NCBI GenBank assembly: GCA_963976765.1
Contig: CAXBME010000003.1
Location: 310,001 to 374,000 of the forward strand
Source of the DNA: an uncultured Planctomycetaceae bacterium
GTDB taxonomy: Bacteria; Planctomycetota; Planctomycetia; Planctomycetales; Planctomycetaceae
Reading direction: 5' to 3'
Length of the DNA: 64,000 nucleotides
Position numbers and translations under genes: made by a program. Below the pieces are notes generated by a model. That model did no database searches, had not been told where the DNA came from, and saw only the letters and a program-made list of their open reading frames with translations. Each line of letters starts with the position of its first letter. Positions within the stretch are counted from its first letter, which is position 1. Below are positions 10,492 through 19,837 of the stretch, piece by piece.

Positions 10492-13310
10492 TCAATCTCG
10501 GCGCAACGCCGTGGCACACGCTGGGGCGCGACCAGACGCTGTCGAAACTCGAATCGGACGCGACAACCGGTTTGTCCGTCGGGCAGGTGCGCGATCGCCA
10601 GGAACAGTTCGGCCCTAACGAACTGGTCGATTCCGAATTGCGCGGTCCGCTGCTCATCCTGTGGGAACAGTTCTATAACTCGATGATTCTGCTGCTGGCT
10701 GTGGCGGCGGTCGTTTCATTGATGCTGGATGAACATCGTGATGCCATCGCAATTGTTTGCATCATCGTGCTTAACGCCGCGCTGGGGTTCGTACAGGATT
10801 TCAGGGCGGAACGCGCGCTCGCGGCGCTGAAGAAACTGAGCGTTCCCCGAGTGCGGGTTCGTCGCGGCGGCGCTGTCTCTGAGACTGAGTCGACCGACCT
10901 CGTACCAGGCGACATTGTGCAACTGGAAGCCGGAAATAAAGTGCCGGCGGACTGTCGGTTGCTCGAATCATCAAGTCTGAAGACGCAGGAAGCCGCGTTG
11001 ACGGGAGAGTCCGACTCGATCGAGAAACAGACTGCCGAGTTGCACGACACTGACGCCGGGATAGGCGACCGAACCAACATGATCTGGATGGGCACGGCAG
11101 TGACGTACGGCCACGGCACGGCCGTGGTCGTTTCGACGGGAATGGCGACCGAGCTTGGCAGCATCGCGAACTCATTGCGGAATGTGCGTCCCAAACCGAC
11201 GCCGTTGCAGTTGCGGTTGGGACAACTCGGTCGCTCGCTAGCCGTGGCGGCCGTCGTGATCGTCGCCGTCGTCTTTGTCATGGGCCTGCAACGTGGCGAG
11301 GATCCGAAGCTCATGCTGATGACGGCGCTTAGCCTGGCGGTCGCCGTCGTGCCCGAAGGTCTGCCGGCGGTGGCAACGGTTGCTCTGGCTCTGGGGGCAC
11401 GACGCATGTTTCAGCGGAACGCGCTCATCAGAAAACTGCCGGCAGTCGAGACGCTGGGTTCCGTCACCATGATCTGTTCCGACAAAACCGGAACGCTGAC
11501 TCAGAACCGGATGACGGTCACCGTGCTGGACGTCGCCGGCTCGCGACTGAAATTGCCTCAGCCCGCCAGCAGAGATAACAGCGGTGGCCTGTTCTCAGAG
11601 AAAACTCTTGACGAGATCGCTGAGAACTCAGCTCTCACGCTGTTACTGACAACCGGGTGCCTGTGCAACGACTCTGAGCTGGCCTCGGACTCATCCAGCA
11701 CTGAGGCTGAGGCCCTCCTCGGCGAACCCACCGAAATCGCGTTGTCGGTTGCTGCCGCGCGAGCCGGATTGCTGCAACCGGAGCTGCTGCAATTGTTTCC
11801 TCGCGTCGGTGATGTGCCCTTTGATTCCAATCGCAAACGGATGACAACAATCCATCGCGGAAGTCGTCATCCGCCATTGGAAGGCCAGGCATCTTCGCTG
11901 ACGACGACCTTGCCACTGCTGGACCTCGACGAGACAGACGCCGTCGCCTTCACGAAGGGTGCAGTAAGCAGCGTTCTCGGAGTGTGCAGCGACGTCTGGG
12001 ACCAGGACGAGGTTCGCACACTGGACGACGCATGGCACCAGCGAATTCTGGCAACGAGTGACGAACTCGCCGCTCAAGGAATGAGAGTACTCGGGTTCGC
12101 CTTTCGACCACTTGATGATGTTCCTGCAGCCGGAAGTGAAGTCACCGTTGAGCAGCAGTTGATTTTTGTGGGACTGATGGCCCTGATCGACCCGCCTCGC
12201 CCCGAAGTTCGCGACGCGGTCGCCCGCTGTCGTGCAGCGGGAATTCGCCCCGTGATGATAACCGGCGACCACCCGCTGACTGCAGCCTGCATCGCCGCCG
12301 ACCTGGGACTTACAACTGGTGGACCGTCCGGCGGCACCGCAGCAGATTCTCCCGTGGTGACGGGTCAAGAACTCGTCGGCAAAACCGCAGACGATCTGCA
12401 ATCGGTCGTCGAAGACACGACGGTTTACGCACGAGTGGCACCCATCGATAAGCTGCACATTGTACAGGCGCTGCAGGCGAACGGGCACGTGGTGGCCATG
12501 ACCGGAGACGGAGTCAACGACGCGCCGGCGTTGCGGCAGGCACACGTCGGAGTGGCGATGGGAATCGTCGGGACGGACGTTTCGAAAGAAGCGTCGGAGA
12601 TGATTCTGCTCGACGATAACTTCGCGACAATTGTTAACGCCGTCGAAGAAGGCCGCATTGTTTACGACAACATCCGCAAGTTCATTCGCTACACGATGAC
12701 CAGCAACGCCGGTGAGATCTGCGTCATGGTGCTCGGTCCATTTTTCGGGATGCCACTCCCGCTGCTGCCACTGCAGATTCTGTGGGTCAACCTGGTCACT
12801 GATGGTCTTCCTGGACTGGCTCTGGCAGTCGAACCCGGCGAACGCGGAACGATGAGCCGGCCTCCGCATCTTCCAGGCGAACACGTTCTTGGTCGAGGTA
12901 TGAGCATCGACATTGTCTGGATCGGCCTGCTGATGGGATCGGTGTCGCTCGTTGCAGGCTGGTGGTTCCACGGCGACGGCAGCGGCCCGGACAGTCACTG
13001 GCGAACTGCCGTCTTCACGGTATTGACGATGTCTCAAATGGGAAACGCACTCGCGTGCCGCGCCGAACGCGACTCGCTTCTTGCCATCGGCGTCTTCTCG
13101 AACCCGACGTTGATTGGAGCCGTCCTGCTGACTCTGGCCCTGCAACTGGCCGTGATCTATCTGCCACCGATGCAGACATTATTCCGCACAGAAGCTCTTT
13201 CGATCGTAGAGTTGATCGGGTGCCTTGCTCTGAGCACAACCGTCTTCTTCGCTGTTGAAATGAAGAAGGTAATATTCAAAGCCTCCCGCCCTGCCCTTCC
13301 CCGGTCGTAA
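10488..13310 (+). CDS. Cation-transporting P-type ATPase (P2A, Ca2+-type)
   Basis: LTGES, VPEGLP, CSDKTGTLT, MITGD, TGDGVNDAP, LQILWVNLVTDGLP; ATGA overlap with the upstream gene. Confidence 0.95.
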   Translation: MINLGATPWHTLGRDQTLSKLESDATTGLSVGQVRDRQEQFGPNELVDSELRGPLLILWEQFYNSMILLLAVAAVVSLMLDEHRDAIAIVCIIVLNAALGFVQDFRAERALAALKKLSVPRVRVRRGGAVSETESTDLVPGDIVQLEAGNKVPADCRLLESSSLKTQEAALTGESDSIEKQTAELHDTDAGIGDRTNMIWMGTAVTYGHGTAVVVSTGMATELGSIANSLRNVRPKPTPLQLRLGQLGRSLAVAAVVIVAVVFVMGLQRGEDPKLMLMTALSLAVAVVPEGLPAVATVALALGARRMFQRNALIRKLPAVETLGSVTMICSDKTGTLTQNRMTVTVLDVAGSRLKLPQPASRDNSGGLFSEKTLDEIAENSALTLLLTTGCLCNDSELASDSSSTEAEALLGEPTEIALSVAAARAGLLQPELLQLFPRVGDVPFDSNRKRMTTIHRGSRHPPLEGQASSLTTTLPLLDLDETDAVAFTKGAVSSVLGVCSDVWDQDEVRTLDDAWHQRILATSDELAAQGMRVLGFAFRPLDDVPAAGSEVTVEQQLIFVGLMALIDPPRPEVRDAVARCRAAGIRPVMITGDHPLTAACIAADLGLTTGGPSGGTAADSPVVTGQELVGKTADDLQSVVEDTTVYARVAPIDKLHIVQALQANGHVVAMTGDGVNDAPALRQAHVGVAMGIVGTDVSKEASEMILLDDNFATIVNAVEEGRIVYDNIRKFIRYTMTSNAGEICVMVLGPFFGMPLPLLPLQILWVNLVTDGLPGLALAVEPGERGTMSRPPHLPGEHVLGRGMSIDIVWIGLLMGSVSLVAGWWFHGDGSGPDSHWRTAVFTVLTMSQMGNALACRAERDSLLAIGVFSNPTLIGAVLLTLALQLAVIYLPPMQTLFRTEALSIVELIGCLALSTTVFFAVEMKKVIFKASRPALPRS

Positions 13311-13364
13311 TTCACGTCCCAAAGAACCGCCGGGCGTTAAACCCGCCTCGACCAGTGCTTTCGC

Positions 13365-13580
13365 GGAATCGTTGCCACAATTGTGATGATGCGGATCGTT
13401 GCTGAAGTCAGTACACCGACGATCGCAGCTTGCAGCGTGTGCTGCTCGACGGAGTATCGACGCTGTCGCACACGTTTCATGCCCTGGGACTTCGAGGGTT
13501 CTTTCGAATTCTTGATCAGGCGTGTATCTATCTGTTGATCGCCGGGGCCGTTCGCGCCGATGGCGGTGTTGATCCTCGGG
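13365..13580 (+). pseudogene. Frameshifted remnant of a hemolysin III/PAQR family membrane protein
   Basis: Frame segment STLSHTF...FFRILDQACIYLLIAG matches the HlyIII STxYH...LDHxxIYLLIAG motif. A hydrophobic segment upstream is in another frame, and there is no intact ORF. Confidence 0.65.
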
Positions 13581-13857
13581 CACAGCTGGTAGTGGCTCAA
13601 TCTTGTCGCTCAACTTCTTCGCGCTGTACGAGCAGTACGTTTCCGATTCCAGTTACCAGTCCGCTCTATACGACCGAGCGACGATCGGTCTTCGTCCTGG
13701 TTAGACCATTTTCCTGGTTTCTGTGCAGGAGCTGGTACCCGGAACAGCCATTGTTTCCTTTGTGGCCCTCCTGCAGAACGCTGAAATCGAATTCCGAAAG
13801 TGCCCTGGCCGCTGATTTGTAACTCCTGGCCCTTTCTCAGGTCTTCTGCCGTCAATT

Positions 13858-13872
13858 CGGTATGTCGATTGC
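13858..13872 (+). promoter_or_regulatory. Sigma-54-like promoter for a USP gene
   Basis: CGGTATGTCGATTGC with correct GG-N10-GC spacing, 50 bp upstream of the start. Confidence 0.6.
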
Positions 13873-13922
13873 TCTATTCTTCCGTGTTCCCGGTTCTCAC
13901 TTAAGAATGGATGAGGTGTCCG

Positions 13923-14468
13923 ATGTACTGGTTGCCCCGTAAGAATGTGCTTGTACCAACGGACTTTTCGACCGCGTCTGTCGATGCGATGCATACGGCT
14001 CTGGCAATGGTCGAATACGGGCACTGCGTGCACGCGCTGCATGTGCTGGAACCGATTTCGGAAGAAATCATCGTTGGCGAATTGCCGCAGGAATTTCAGC
14101 CGGAGCAAGTCGAGGATGCCCGGCAACTGATCCGCCATGAACGTCTGAAGTCGTTTCTAACAGAACACGATCTTGACGGAGTCACCGTTGCCGTTCGGCC
14201 CAGTGACCCCGCACGGTCGATTACTCGCTACGCGCGAGAAAACGATATCGACCTGATCGTCATGGCCGCTCATGGCTATCAGGATGGCGAGCGAGTTTCG
14301 ATGGGCACTGTGACCGAGCGGGTGCTGCATAACGCTGACTGCCCGGTGCTTGTGTTGCGTCCAGACGGACGAGTCCCCAGCAAACAGCCGCATGCAGGCG
14401 TTAGAGAAAATAATGGATTCTCCCCGGTGGAAAATCCGTCGCACGCTGCAACGACATCACCACATTAG
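13923..14468 (+). CDS. Universal stress protein
   Basis: VLVPTDFS, DLIVMAAHG, MGTVTERVLHNADCPVLVL; RBS GAGGTG before the ATG. Confidence 0.92.
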   Translation: MYWLPRKNVLVPTDFSTASVDAMHTALAMVEYGHCVHALHVLEPISEEIIVGELPQEFQPEQVEDARQLIRHERLKSFLTEHDLDGVTVAVRPSDPARSITRYARENDIDLIVMAAHGYQDGERVSMGTVTERVLHNADCPVLVLRPDGRVPSKQPHAGVRENNGFSPVENPSHAATTSPH

Positions 14469-14514
14469 TGCCCCGGCACGGGACTTCAGTCTTTAGCGGC
14501 TACTACTCGAAAAA

Positions 14515-14529
14515 CGGCATACGAATTGC
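14515..14529 (+). promoter_or_regulatory. Sigma-54 -24/-12 promoter
   Basis: CGGCATACGAATTGC upstream of the gene at 14638. Confidence 0.7.
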
Positions 14530-14637
14530 GGCTCCAGACTGCTGATTTGCCGCGACGGAGCGTGAACCGTTTTCGCGACGCAATGTTGAACGACGTATGT
14601 TGAGTTAAGCAAAAACAACACTCTGGAGAATCGTCTC

Positions 14638-15225
14638 ATGTCCGGAACGTCTACAAACCCTTTGGCCGATCGCGAACGCTCGCTGGAAACTGCATTCTTT
14701 CGGAAAGTCGACGCGAAACTTCTTGAGAACCTGCGGTCGCGAATGGCCAGAGATCAGGCTATCGACAAACTGGCTGCTGACACCGGTATACATGATCAGC
14801 ACGTGCTGCAGGAGTTGCTCGACCTGAACTTCACGCCGCAGAATCTACTGGCGCTGTGGCTGGTTCCATTGACGCAGGTCGCGTGGGCAGATGGCCGAGT
14901 CGAACCAGCCGAACGCGAAGCCGTGCTGCAAGCCTTGCAGAAGCACGGTTACTCGGAAAACAGCCCGGCATGGCATCTCCTGGAGTCATGGCTTGATCAC
15001 AAACCATGCGACGAGGTGCTGGCGGTGTGGAAGGACTACGCTCGAGCCCTCGTGGAATCTGCTGGCGAAAAACGCGTGATCGCACTTCGGAACGACCTTC
15101 GCAATCGTGCCCGTGAAGTATCGCAGGCTGCTGGTGGAGTCTTCGGATTCGGCAAAGTCTCATGCGCTGAAGAGTCGGTAATTCAACAGATCGAAGACGC
15201 TTTGCGGCCAGAGTCCGATGTGTGA
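14638..15225 (+). CDS. TerB-like helical protein with an N-terminal charged helix
   Basis: VAWADGRVEPAERE and VSQAAGG...VSCAEESVIQQIEDAL are TerB-like motifs; GGAG RBS. Confidence 0.65.
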   Translation: MSGTSTNPLADRERSLETAFFRKVDAKLLENLRSRMARDQAIDKLAADTGIHDQHVLQELLDLNFTPQNLLALWLVPLTQVAWADGRVEPAEREAVLQALQKHGYSENSPAWHLLESWLDHKPCDEVLAVWKDYARALVESAGEKRVIALRNDLRNRAREVSQAAGGVFGFGKVSCAEESVIQQIEDALRPESDV

Positions 15226-15463
15226 CGAAATCTGGCATTCATAGAAGTCATGACGCCCAGGATTGAGACAATCGGCAGATCACGTCGGCTTCGCACGTGA
15301 CGGCAGTGTCCGTTGTTTCGAAAATGATCAACTCTGATGCTGGCTCAAGTCGAATACCGGCTCACGAGTGGCTTCTGAGTCGGTCCTTGATTGCTGCCGC
15401 AAAACGGCGCCCCCCCTGCGTCGGAAAAATTAACTCGCAGCCCCGTTGCACGGAGTCCTACTG

Positions 15464-15901
15464 GTGATACCTCGCTTTCAGAACATTCTCGTGCCCGTTG
15501 ACTTCACTGAGAAGAACTGGGCTGCTCTCGACATCGCCTTCGAAACAGCCGTGGTGAACAAGGCTGCGGTGACACTTCTGCATGTGATCGAGACCATCGA
15601 CGATGGCGATTTTGACGACGATCCGGACGTCAGGGAGTTCTATCACCGCCTCAATGAGCGTGCGGAACGCGAGCTTGAGACAATGAGCCAGCGATTTACA
15701 GAAGCGGGAGTCAGCATTCAGCAGAAGATTCGGTTTGGTAAACGCATCTCGGAAATTGTCGGGTTCAGCATTGACCACCCGACCGACCTGGTCGTCATGA
15801 GTTCGCACCCGTTGGCCGATCGAAATCCGGCAGCCAGTATCGTAACGCTCAGTTATCAGGTGTCGCTGCTCTGTAAATGCCCGATTCTTCTCGTGAAGTA
15901 G
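15464..15901 (+). CDS. Universal stress protein
   Basis: FQNILVPVDF...DLVVMSSH...CKCPILLVK; GTG start after GGAG. Confidence 0.88.
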   Translation: MIPRFQNILVPVDFTEKNWAALDIAFETAVVNKAAVTLLHVIETIDDGDFDDDPDVREFYHRLNERAERELETMSQRFTEAGVSIQQKIRFGKRISEIVGFSIDHPTDLVVMSSHPLADRNPAASIVTLSYQVSLLCKCPILLVK

Positions 15902-15979
15902 TTATCGATTCTCCCTCTGTCATCACACGGAGTGGTTGTTTCTGCAAAGCGGCGAGACCTGAAACTTTCGCCTGGCTTT

Positions 15980-15994
15980 CGGCATGGGTGTTGC
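15980..15994 (+). promoter_or_regulatory. Sigma-54 -24/-12 promoter
   Basis: CGGCATGGGTGTTGC, 43 bp upstream of the ATG at 16038. Confidence 0.7.
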
Positions 15995-16037
15995 GTTGAA
16001 GGGCTTCGTGCCTTGAAACATTGAACCAGGAAACTCA

Positions 16038-16817
16038 ATGCCCGATTCCGAACACGCGACCGCCGACGAATCCCGCATTCCGGATGTCGAGTCTGCCGCG
16101 CTCGCTGAATCGCTCGACCAGGCCGAAGAGCGGCTGTGGCAACAACATCGACTTATCTGGTGGGCGACTCTGCTTGGACCGTTGCTGACAACGGTCGCAA
16201 TTCTTTCGGGTGTCTATGTCATCACCGGAGCTGATTACACGACGCGACTGCTCACAACGGCACTGACTGGTGTGCTTCTGTTTGGGCGGTTTATTATTCT
16301 GGGCGGACACGACCCGGAAGTCGCATCAGTGACCGGCCGTTTCTCATCAGGGCAGCTGTTCCTGATGGTCACATATCTCGATCTGATGGTCGGAATTCTA
16401 CTGATCTTTCACGCGGGATTTCTGTTTCGCCTCCCCTGGTTCGGCTCACGAGCCGCTTCGCTCGTCGACGACGGACGATTTCTGATTCGTTCTCAACCCT
16501 GGATTCGCCGGGCGACATTTGCTGGCCTGGTTCTGTTCGTCGCGATTCCGCTGGCGGCGATGGGTAGCGTCGGAGGAACGATCTTTGGACGCATGCTCGG
16601 CGTGCAGCGAATTCGCATCTTCCTGGCCATTGTGCTCGGCAGCCTGCTGGGTAACGGAGTCATGTGGTACGGCTCGGATCTGATCAACCGGTTCGTCGAT
16701 AAACACCACCCCGTTGTGAGGTTCGGCGGCGTCATACTGATTCTGTGCCTGATTGCCTTGATTGAGTTCCTGTATCGCCGCACCAAACGCTCGAACCTGC
16801 TTTCACCGTCGTCATGA
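16038..16817 (+). CDS. Membrane protein, putative small multidrug export family
   Basis: Multiple TM helices; FAGLVLFVAIPLAAMGSVGGTIFGRMLG resembles the family's FVAIPLPGTG motif. Confidence 0.6.
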   Translation: MPDSEHATADESRIPDVESAALAESLDQAEERLWQQHRLIWWATLLGPLLTTVAILSGVYVITGADYTTRLLTTALTGVLLFGRFIILGGHDPEVASVTGRFSSGQLFLMVTYLDLMVGILLIFHAGFLFRLPWFGSRAASLVDDGRFLIRSQPWIRRATFAGLVLFVAIPLAAMGSVGGTIFGRMLGVQRIRIFLAIVLGSLLGNGVMWYGSDLINRFVDKHHPVVRFGGVILILCLIALIEFLYRRTKRSNLLSPSS

Positions 16818-16852
16818 GATGGCCGCATTCTGCGCGCCGACCGGCACACGGC

Positions 16853-16867
16853 GTGACAAAATGTCAC
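16853..16867. promoter_or_regulatory. Palindromic operator/enhancer (candidate bEBP binding site)
   Basis: GTGACA-AAA-TGTCAC perfect inverted repeat, about 45 bp upstream of a sigma-54-like motif. Confidence 0.55.
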
Positions 16868-16910
16868 ACACCGAGACAGACTGGCCTTTGTTCTTCTGCG
16901 TCTCGTCAAC

Positions 16911-16925
16911 TGGCACATGTTTCGC
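16911..16925 (+). promoter_or_regulatory. Sigma-54 -24/-12 promoter for the response regulator-USP operon
   Basis: TGGCACATGTTTCGC. Confidence 0.65.
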
Positions 16926-17037
16926 GTTCGGCATCGCTCGTTGTTCAATTCCCGATTGCGACCGGTGTCGACCGCTTAACGCCCAACATGAACCGGAGGC
17001 CAGCATCGTGGCCGATCAGATGCCAGATTCCAGGAGC

Positions 17038-18414
17038 ATGAAACTTCTGCTCGTCGAAGATGACGAAGAGTTTCGCGAGACCTGCGCGCTGTGGATGTCT
17101 CGAAAAGGACATACCGTGACCGAGGCGCCCAATGCTCATGATGGATTGTTTCAGTTTTCGCAGAAGCAATTCGACGTGGCAGTGGTCGACCTCAACATGC
17201 CAGGAATGTCAGGGCTCGAACTGCTGGAACGAATCCGGTCCGAGAACGTCGAGACCGAGATCATCATGCTGACCGGCCAGGCAACGGTCGACACCGCCGT
17301 TCAGGCGATGAAGCTCGGAGCCAGTGACTACCTCAGTAAACCGTTCCCGCTTCCTGAACTGGAAAAACGCTGCCAGCTGGCGTGGGATCGCAGTCAGTTG
17401 AAGAAGGAAAACCGACAACTCAAGGCCGTCATCCAACGAAGCCGCCCGAGAATCCGAATGCTCGGCGATTCACCTCAGATGCAGCAGGTGCATCGGCTGA
17501 TCGATCGCGCCGGCCCAACCGACAAAGCCATTCTCATTCAGGGAGAAAGCGGAACCGGTAAAGAACTCGTTGCTCGTGGTCTGCAAAGCTGCAGCCTGAG
17601 AGCGGACAAACCCTTCGTCACGATCAACTGCGCCGCCCTGCCAGAACAGCTCGTGGAAAGCGAACTGTTCGGCCACGAGAAGGGTTCGTTCACCGGAGCC
17701 ACCTCCACCAATCCCGGACTCTTCGAAGTCGCAGACGGCGGCACGATCTTCATCGACGAAATCGGTGAAATGCCGCTGAGTCTGCAACCCAAACTGTTGC
17801 GGGTTCTGGAAGACGGATCGCTGCGCCGGGTCGGCTCGCATAAGGAACGCCGAGTTGACGTGCGACTGATCGCTGCCACAAACCGAGACCTTTCGGAAAT
17901 GGCTGCCGAAGGACTCTTTCGCGAGGATCTTTATTATCGAATCAACGTCCTGACGATCGAGCTGCCGCCACTCCGAAACCGAACAGGCGACGTCCGGCTC
18001 CTGATCGATCACTTTCTCGGATCCAACTGGTCAATCAGCGACGAGGCTCGCCAGGCACTCGAAGGCTACCACTGGCCAGGCAACGTTCGACAACTCATTA
18101 ACGTCATTGAGCGGGCGACAATTCTTGCACATGACGGGCGAGTGGAACTGAGTGATCTGCCGAGCGAAATCCTGAAACCTCAGGAGCAAACGTCAGGAAC
18201 TGCCATGTCGCCTTCCACCGTAGTCAGTAGTCAGAAGCTCGAAGATCTCGAACGGGCACACGTGATCAACATCCTGCGGCAGAATTCGGGAAACAAAGCG
18301 CAAGCGGCCAGATCACTCGGCATCCACCGCCGTAAGCTTTATCGACTGCTGGAGCGATTTAACATAACCCCCGAAGAGATTCGTCAGTTCGAGAATACGC
18401 CATCACGCACCTGA
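17038..18414 (+). CDS. Sigma-54-dependent NtrC-family response regulator (REC-AAA+-HTH)
   Basis: LLLVEDD...VDLNMPG receiver, GESGTGKE, ESELFGHEKGSFTGA, IFIDEIGE, WPGNVRQL and a Fis-type HTH. Confidence 0.95.
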   Translation: MKLLLVEDDEEFRETCALWMSRKGHTVTEAPNAHDGLFQFSQKQFDVAVVDLNMPGMSGLELLERIRSENVETEIIMLTGQATVDTAVQAMKLGASDYLSKPFPLPELEKRCQLAWDRSQLKKENRQLKAVIQRSRPRIRMLGDSPQMQQVHRLIDRAGPTDKAILIQGESGTGKELVARGLQSCSLRADKPFVTINCAALPEQLVESELFGHEKGSFTGATSTNPGLFEVADGGTIFIDEIGEMPLSLQPKLLRVLEDGSLRRVGSHKERRVDVRLIAATNRDLSEMAAEGLFREDLYYRINVLTIELPPLRNRTGDVRLLIDHFLGSNWSISDEARQALEGYHWPGNVRQLINVIERATILAHDGRVELSDLPSEILKPQEQTSGTAMSPSTVVSSQKLEDLERAHVINILRQNSGNKAQAARSLGIHRRKLYRLLERFNITPEEIRQFENTPSRT

Positions 18415-18428
18415 GAAAGGAGCGAGCC

Positions 18429-18869
18429 ATGAGCTGGTTGCCGAGGAAGACGATCGTTGTGCCAACCGACTTTTCTGAGCCGTCCGTCGAAGCCATTCGC
18501 ACGGCAATGGAACTTGTGGAACAGCCCGCCAGCGTCCATGTCCTGCATGTGCTGGATGAAATGGAACACACGGCTCCAGCCGCCCTGTTCGGAGATTTCG
18601 ACGACGAAGCGAGGAAGAAACGTGCAGGCGAATTTCTGAACGGGTTCCTGGAACGCCATGCGCTGACCGGGCTGACTGAACTCGTCGAGGTCGGCAACCC
18701 CGGAATGGTGATTTCTGACTATGCCAGACAGGCTGAAGCCGGTCTGATCGTCATGCCGTCCCATGGCCACCACGGCCTGCGGCGCATCCTGCTCGGTTCC
18801 GTCGCCGAACGAGTCCTCCGCCACGCAGAATGCCCAGTGCTGGTTCTGCGGCGCGCCGACAATGACTGA
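18429..18869 (+). CDS. Universal stress protein
   Basis: IVVPTDFS...SHGHHGLRRILLGSVAERVLRHAECPVLVL; paralog of the 13923 gene (shared WLPRK N-terminus). Confidence 0.93.
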   Translation: MSWLPRKTIVVPTDFSEPSVEAIRTAMELVEQPASVHVLHVLDEMEHTAPAALFGDFDDEARKKRAGEFLNGFLERHALTGLTELVEVGNPGMVISDYARQAEAGLIVMPSHGHHGLRRILLGSVAERVLRHAECPVLVLRRADND

Positions 18870-18904
18870 TTGTGGCCGCACACAGGCAGACGACCTTCCA
18901 GTGA

Positions 18905-18968
18905 CGTAGGCAGGGACGTGTCCCAGCTAAGCCGTTCTTAAAAATGCTGGGTCGAGCCCCAGCCTACG
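18905..18968. repeat. GTAG-type REP inverted pair
   Basis: CGTAGGCAGGG...CCCAGC / GCTGGG...CCCAGCCTACG; each half is itself palindromic. Confidence 0.7.
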
Positions 18969-19027
18969 TCACCGATGCAGAAAAGCTCGCCGAGATTTGC
19001 CGGCGACATTCAAACATCGGGTGACTT

Positions 19028-19130
19028 ATGCGCTGCGTGGCTGAGTCGGTCGCTCGCATGGCCAACCGCGACGATGAATGCACGGGGCGGTTCCAGGAAG
19101 GTCGTTACAAGTGTCAGCCGATTTTCGACC
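19028..19130 (+). pseudogene. Fragment of a REP-associated/IS200-like tyrosine (Y1 HUH) transposase
   Basis: MRCVAESVARMANRDDECTGRFQEGRYKCQ matches the MRxLxExIARxANxEDxCTGRFWEGRFKSQ motif. Only about 35 codons remain, next to a REP pair. Confidence 0.7.
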
Positions 19131-19288
19131 GAATGCAAAACTCCATCAGCGGCCGATGTGCGGATTGTCGCGCTGCGGCTGGTTATGGCGCGCTCTGTGA
19201 GTACAGAATCAGGGCCTCGCACGAGCGGCACCACATTTGCCAGGTGGGGAAGAAGTCTTGCTCTTCACTCACTTTCAGGAGATTGACA

Positions 19289-19804
19289 ATGTCGCTTCGA
19301 CGAAAACGTTTTCAGGTTGTGCTCGGCGTTCTGGTGCTCGCAACGGCTGGTGGATTTCTGTGCGTCTCTCAGCACGAGTCACGTGTGAATGCCGCTCCGC
19401 CGGCGAAGGAATCAGCAAGGCAGAACGCAGCGGAAAAGAAGAACGCCGTCGACAATCAGTCGGATACCGAGTCAAAAGACAAGCCGGCACTGGCGACATT
19501 CATGCGGCAGAAGATGGAGGCTTCGCACGACATCATGGAAGGTCTGCTGATGGAAGACGGCAAGCTGATTAACAAGGCAGCGAAGAAGCTCAAGGACATG
19601 AGCGATGCAGAACACTGGCGAGTTTCCAACGACATCATGTATCGAAATCACAGCGAAGATTTCCGCAGCGCCGTTGACAAACTGATCGTCGCATCCAAGG
19701 GCAACTCCATCGATCGTGCCGCCCTTTCCTGGTTCGATGTCACGCTGAGCTGCATCGACTGTCACCGCTACGTTCGCACGATGCTTATCGCCGAGAAAAA
19801 CTGA
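19289..19804 (+). CDS. Secreted c-type cytochrome (cytochrome c'-like, C-terminal CxxCH)
   Basis: Signal-like N-terminus, helical body and SCIDCH near the C-terminus; AGGAG RBS. Confidence 0.75.
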   Translation: MSLRRKRFQVVLGVLVLATAGGFLCVSQHESRVNAAPPAKESARQNAAEKKNAVDNQSDTESKDKPALATFMRQKMEASHDIMEGLLMEDGKLINKAAKKLKDMSDAEHWRVSNDIMYRNHSEDFRSAVDKLIVASKGNSIDRAALSWFDVTLSCIDCHRYVRTMLIAEKN

Positions 19805-19837
19805 CAGACGCCTTCGAACCGATTCCGCACTGACGGC

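Noticed and set aside
11691..13145. 484-aa minus-strand ORF
   Set aside because: Antisense shadow of the P-type ATPase with no recognisable motifs; expected in GC-rich DNA.
16762..17037. Long N-terminal extension of the response regulator (likewise for the ORFs at 1693, 2372, 2935, 25736 and 36872)
   Set aside because: These extensions overlap upstream genes or promoter motifs; family similarity begins at downstream starts.
19028..19288. N-terminal extension of the cytochrome c ORF
   Set aside because: It consists of a transposase fragment plus non-coding sequence; the RBS and signal peptide place the real start at 19289.
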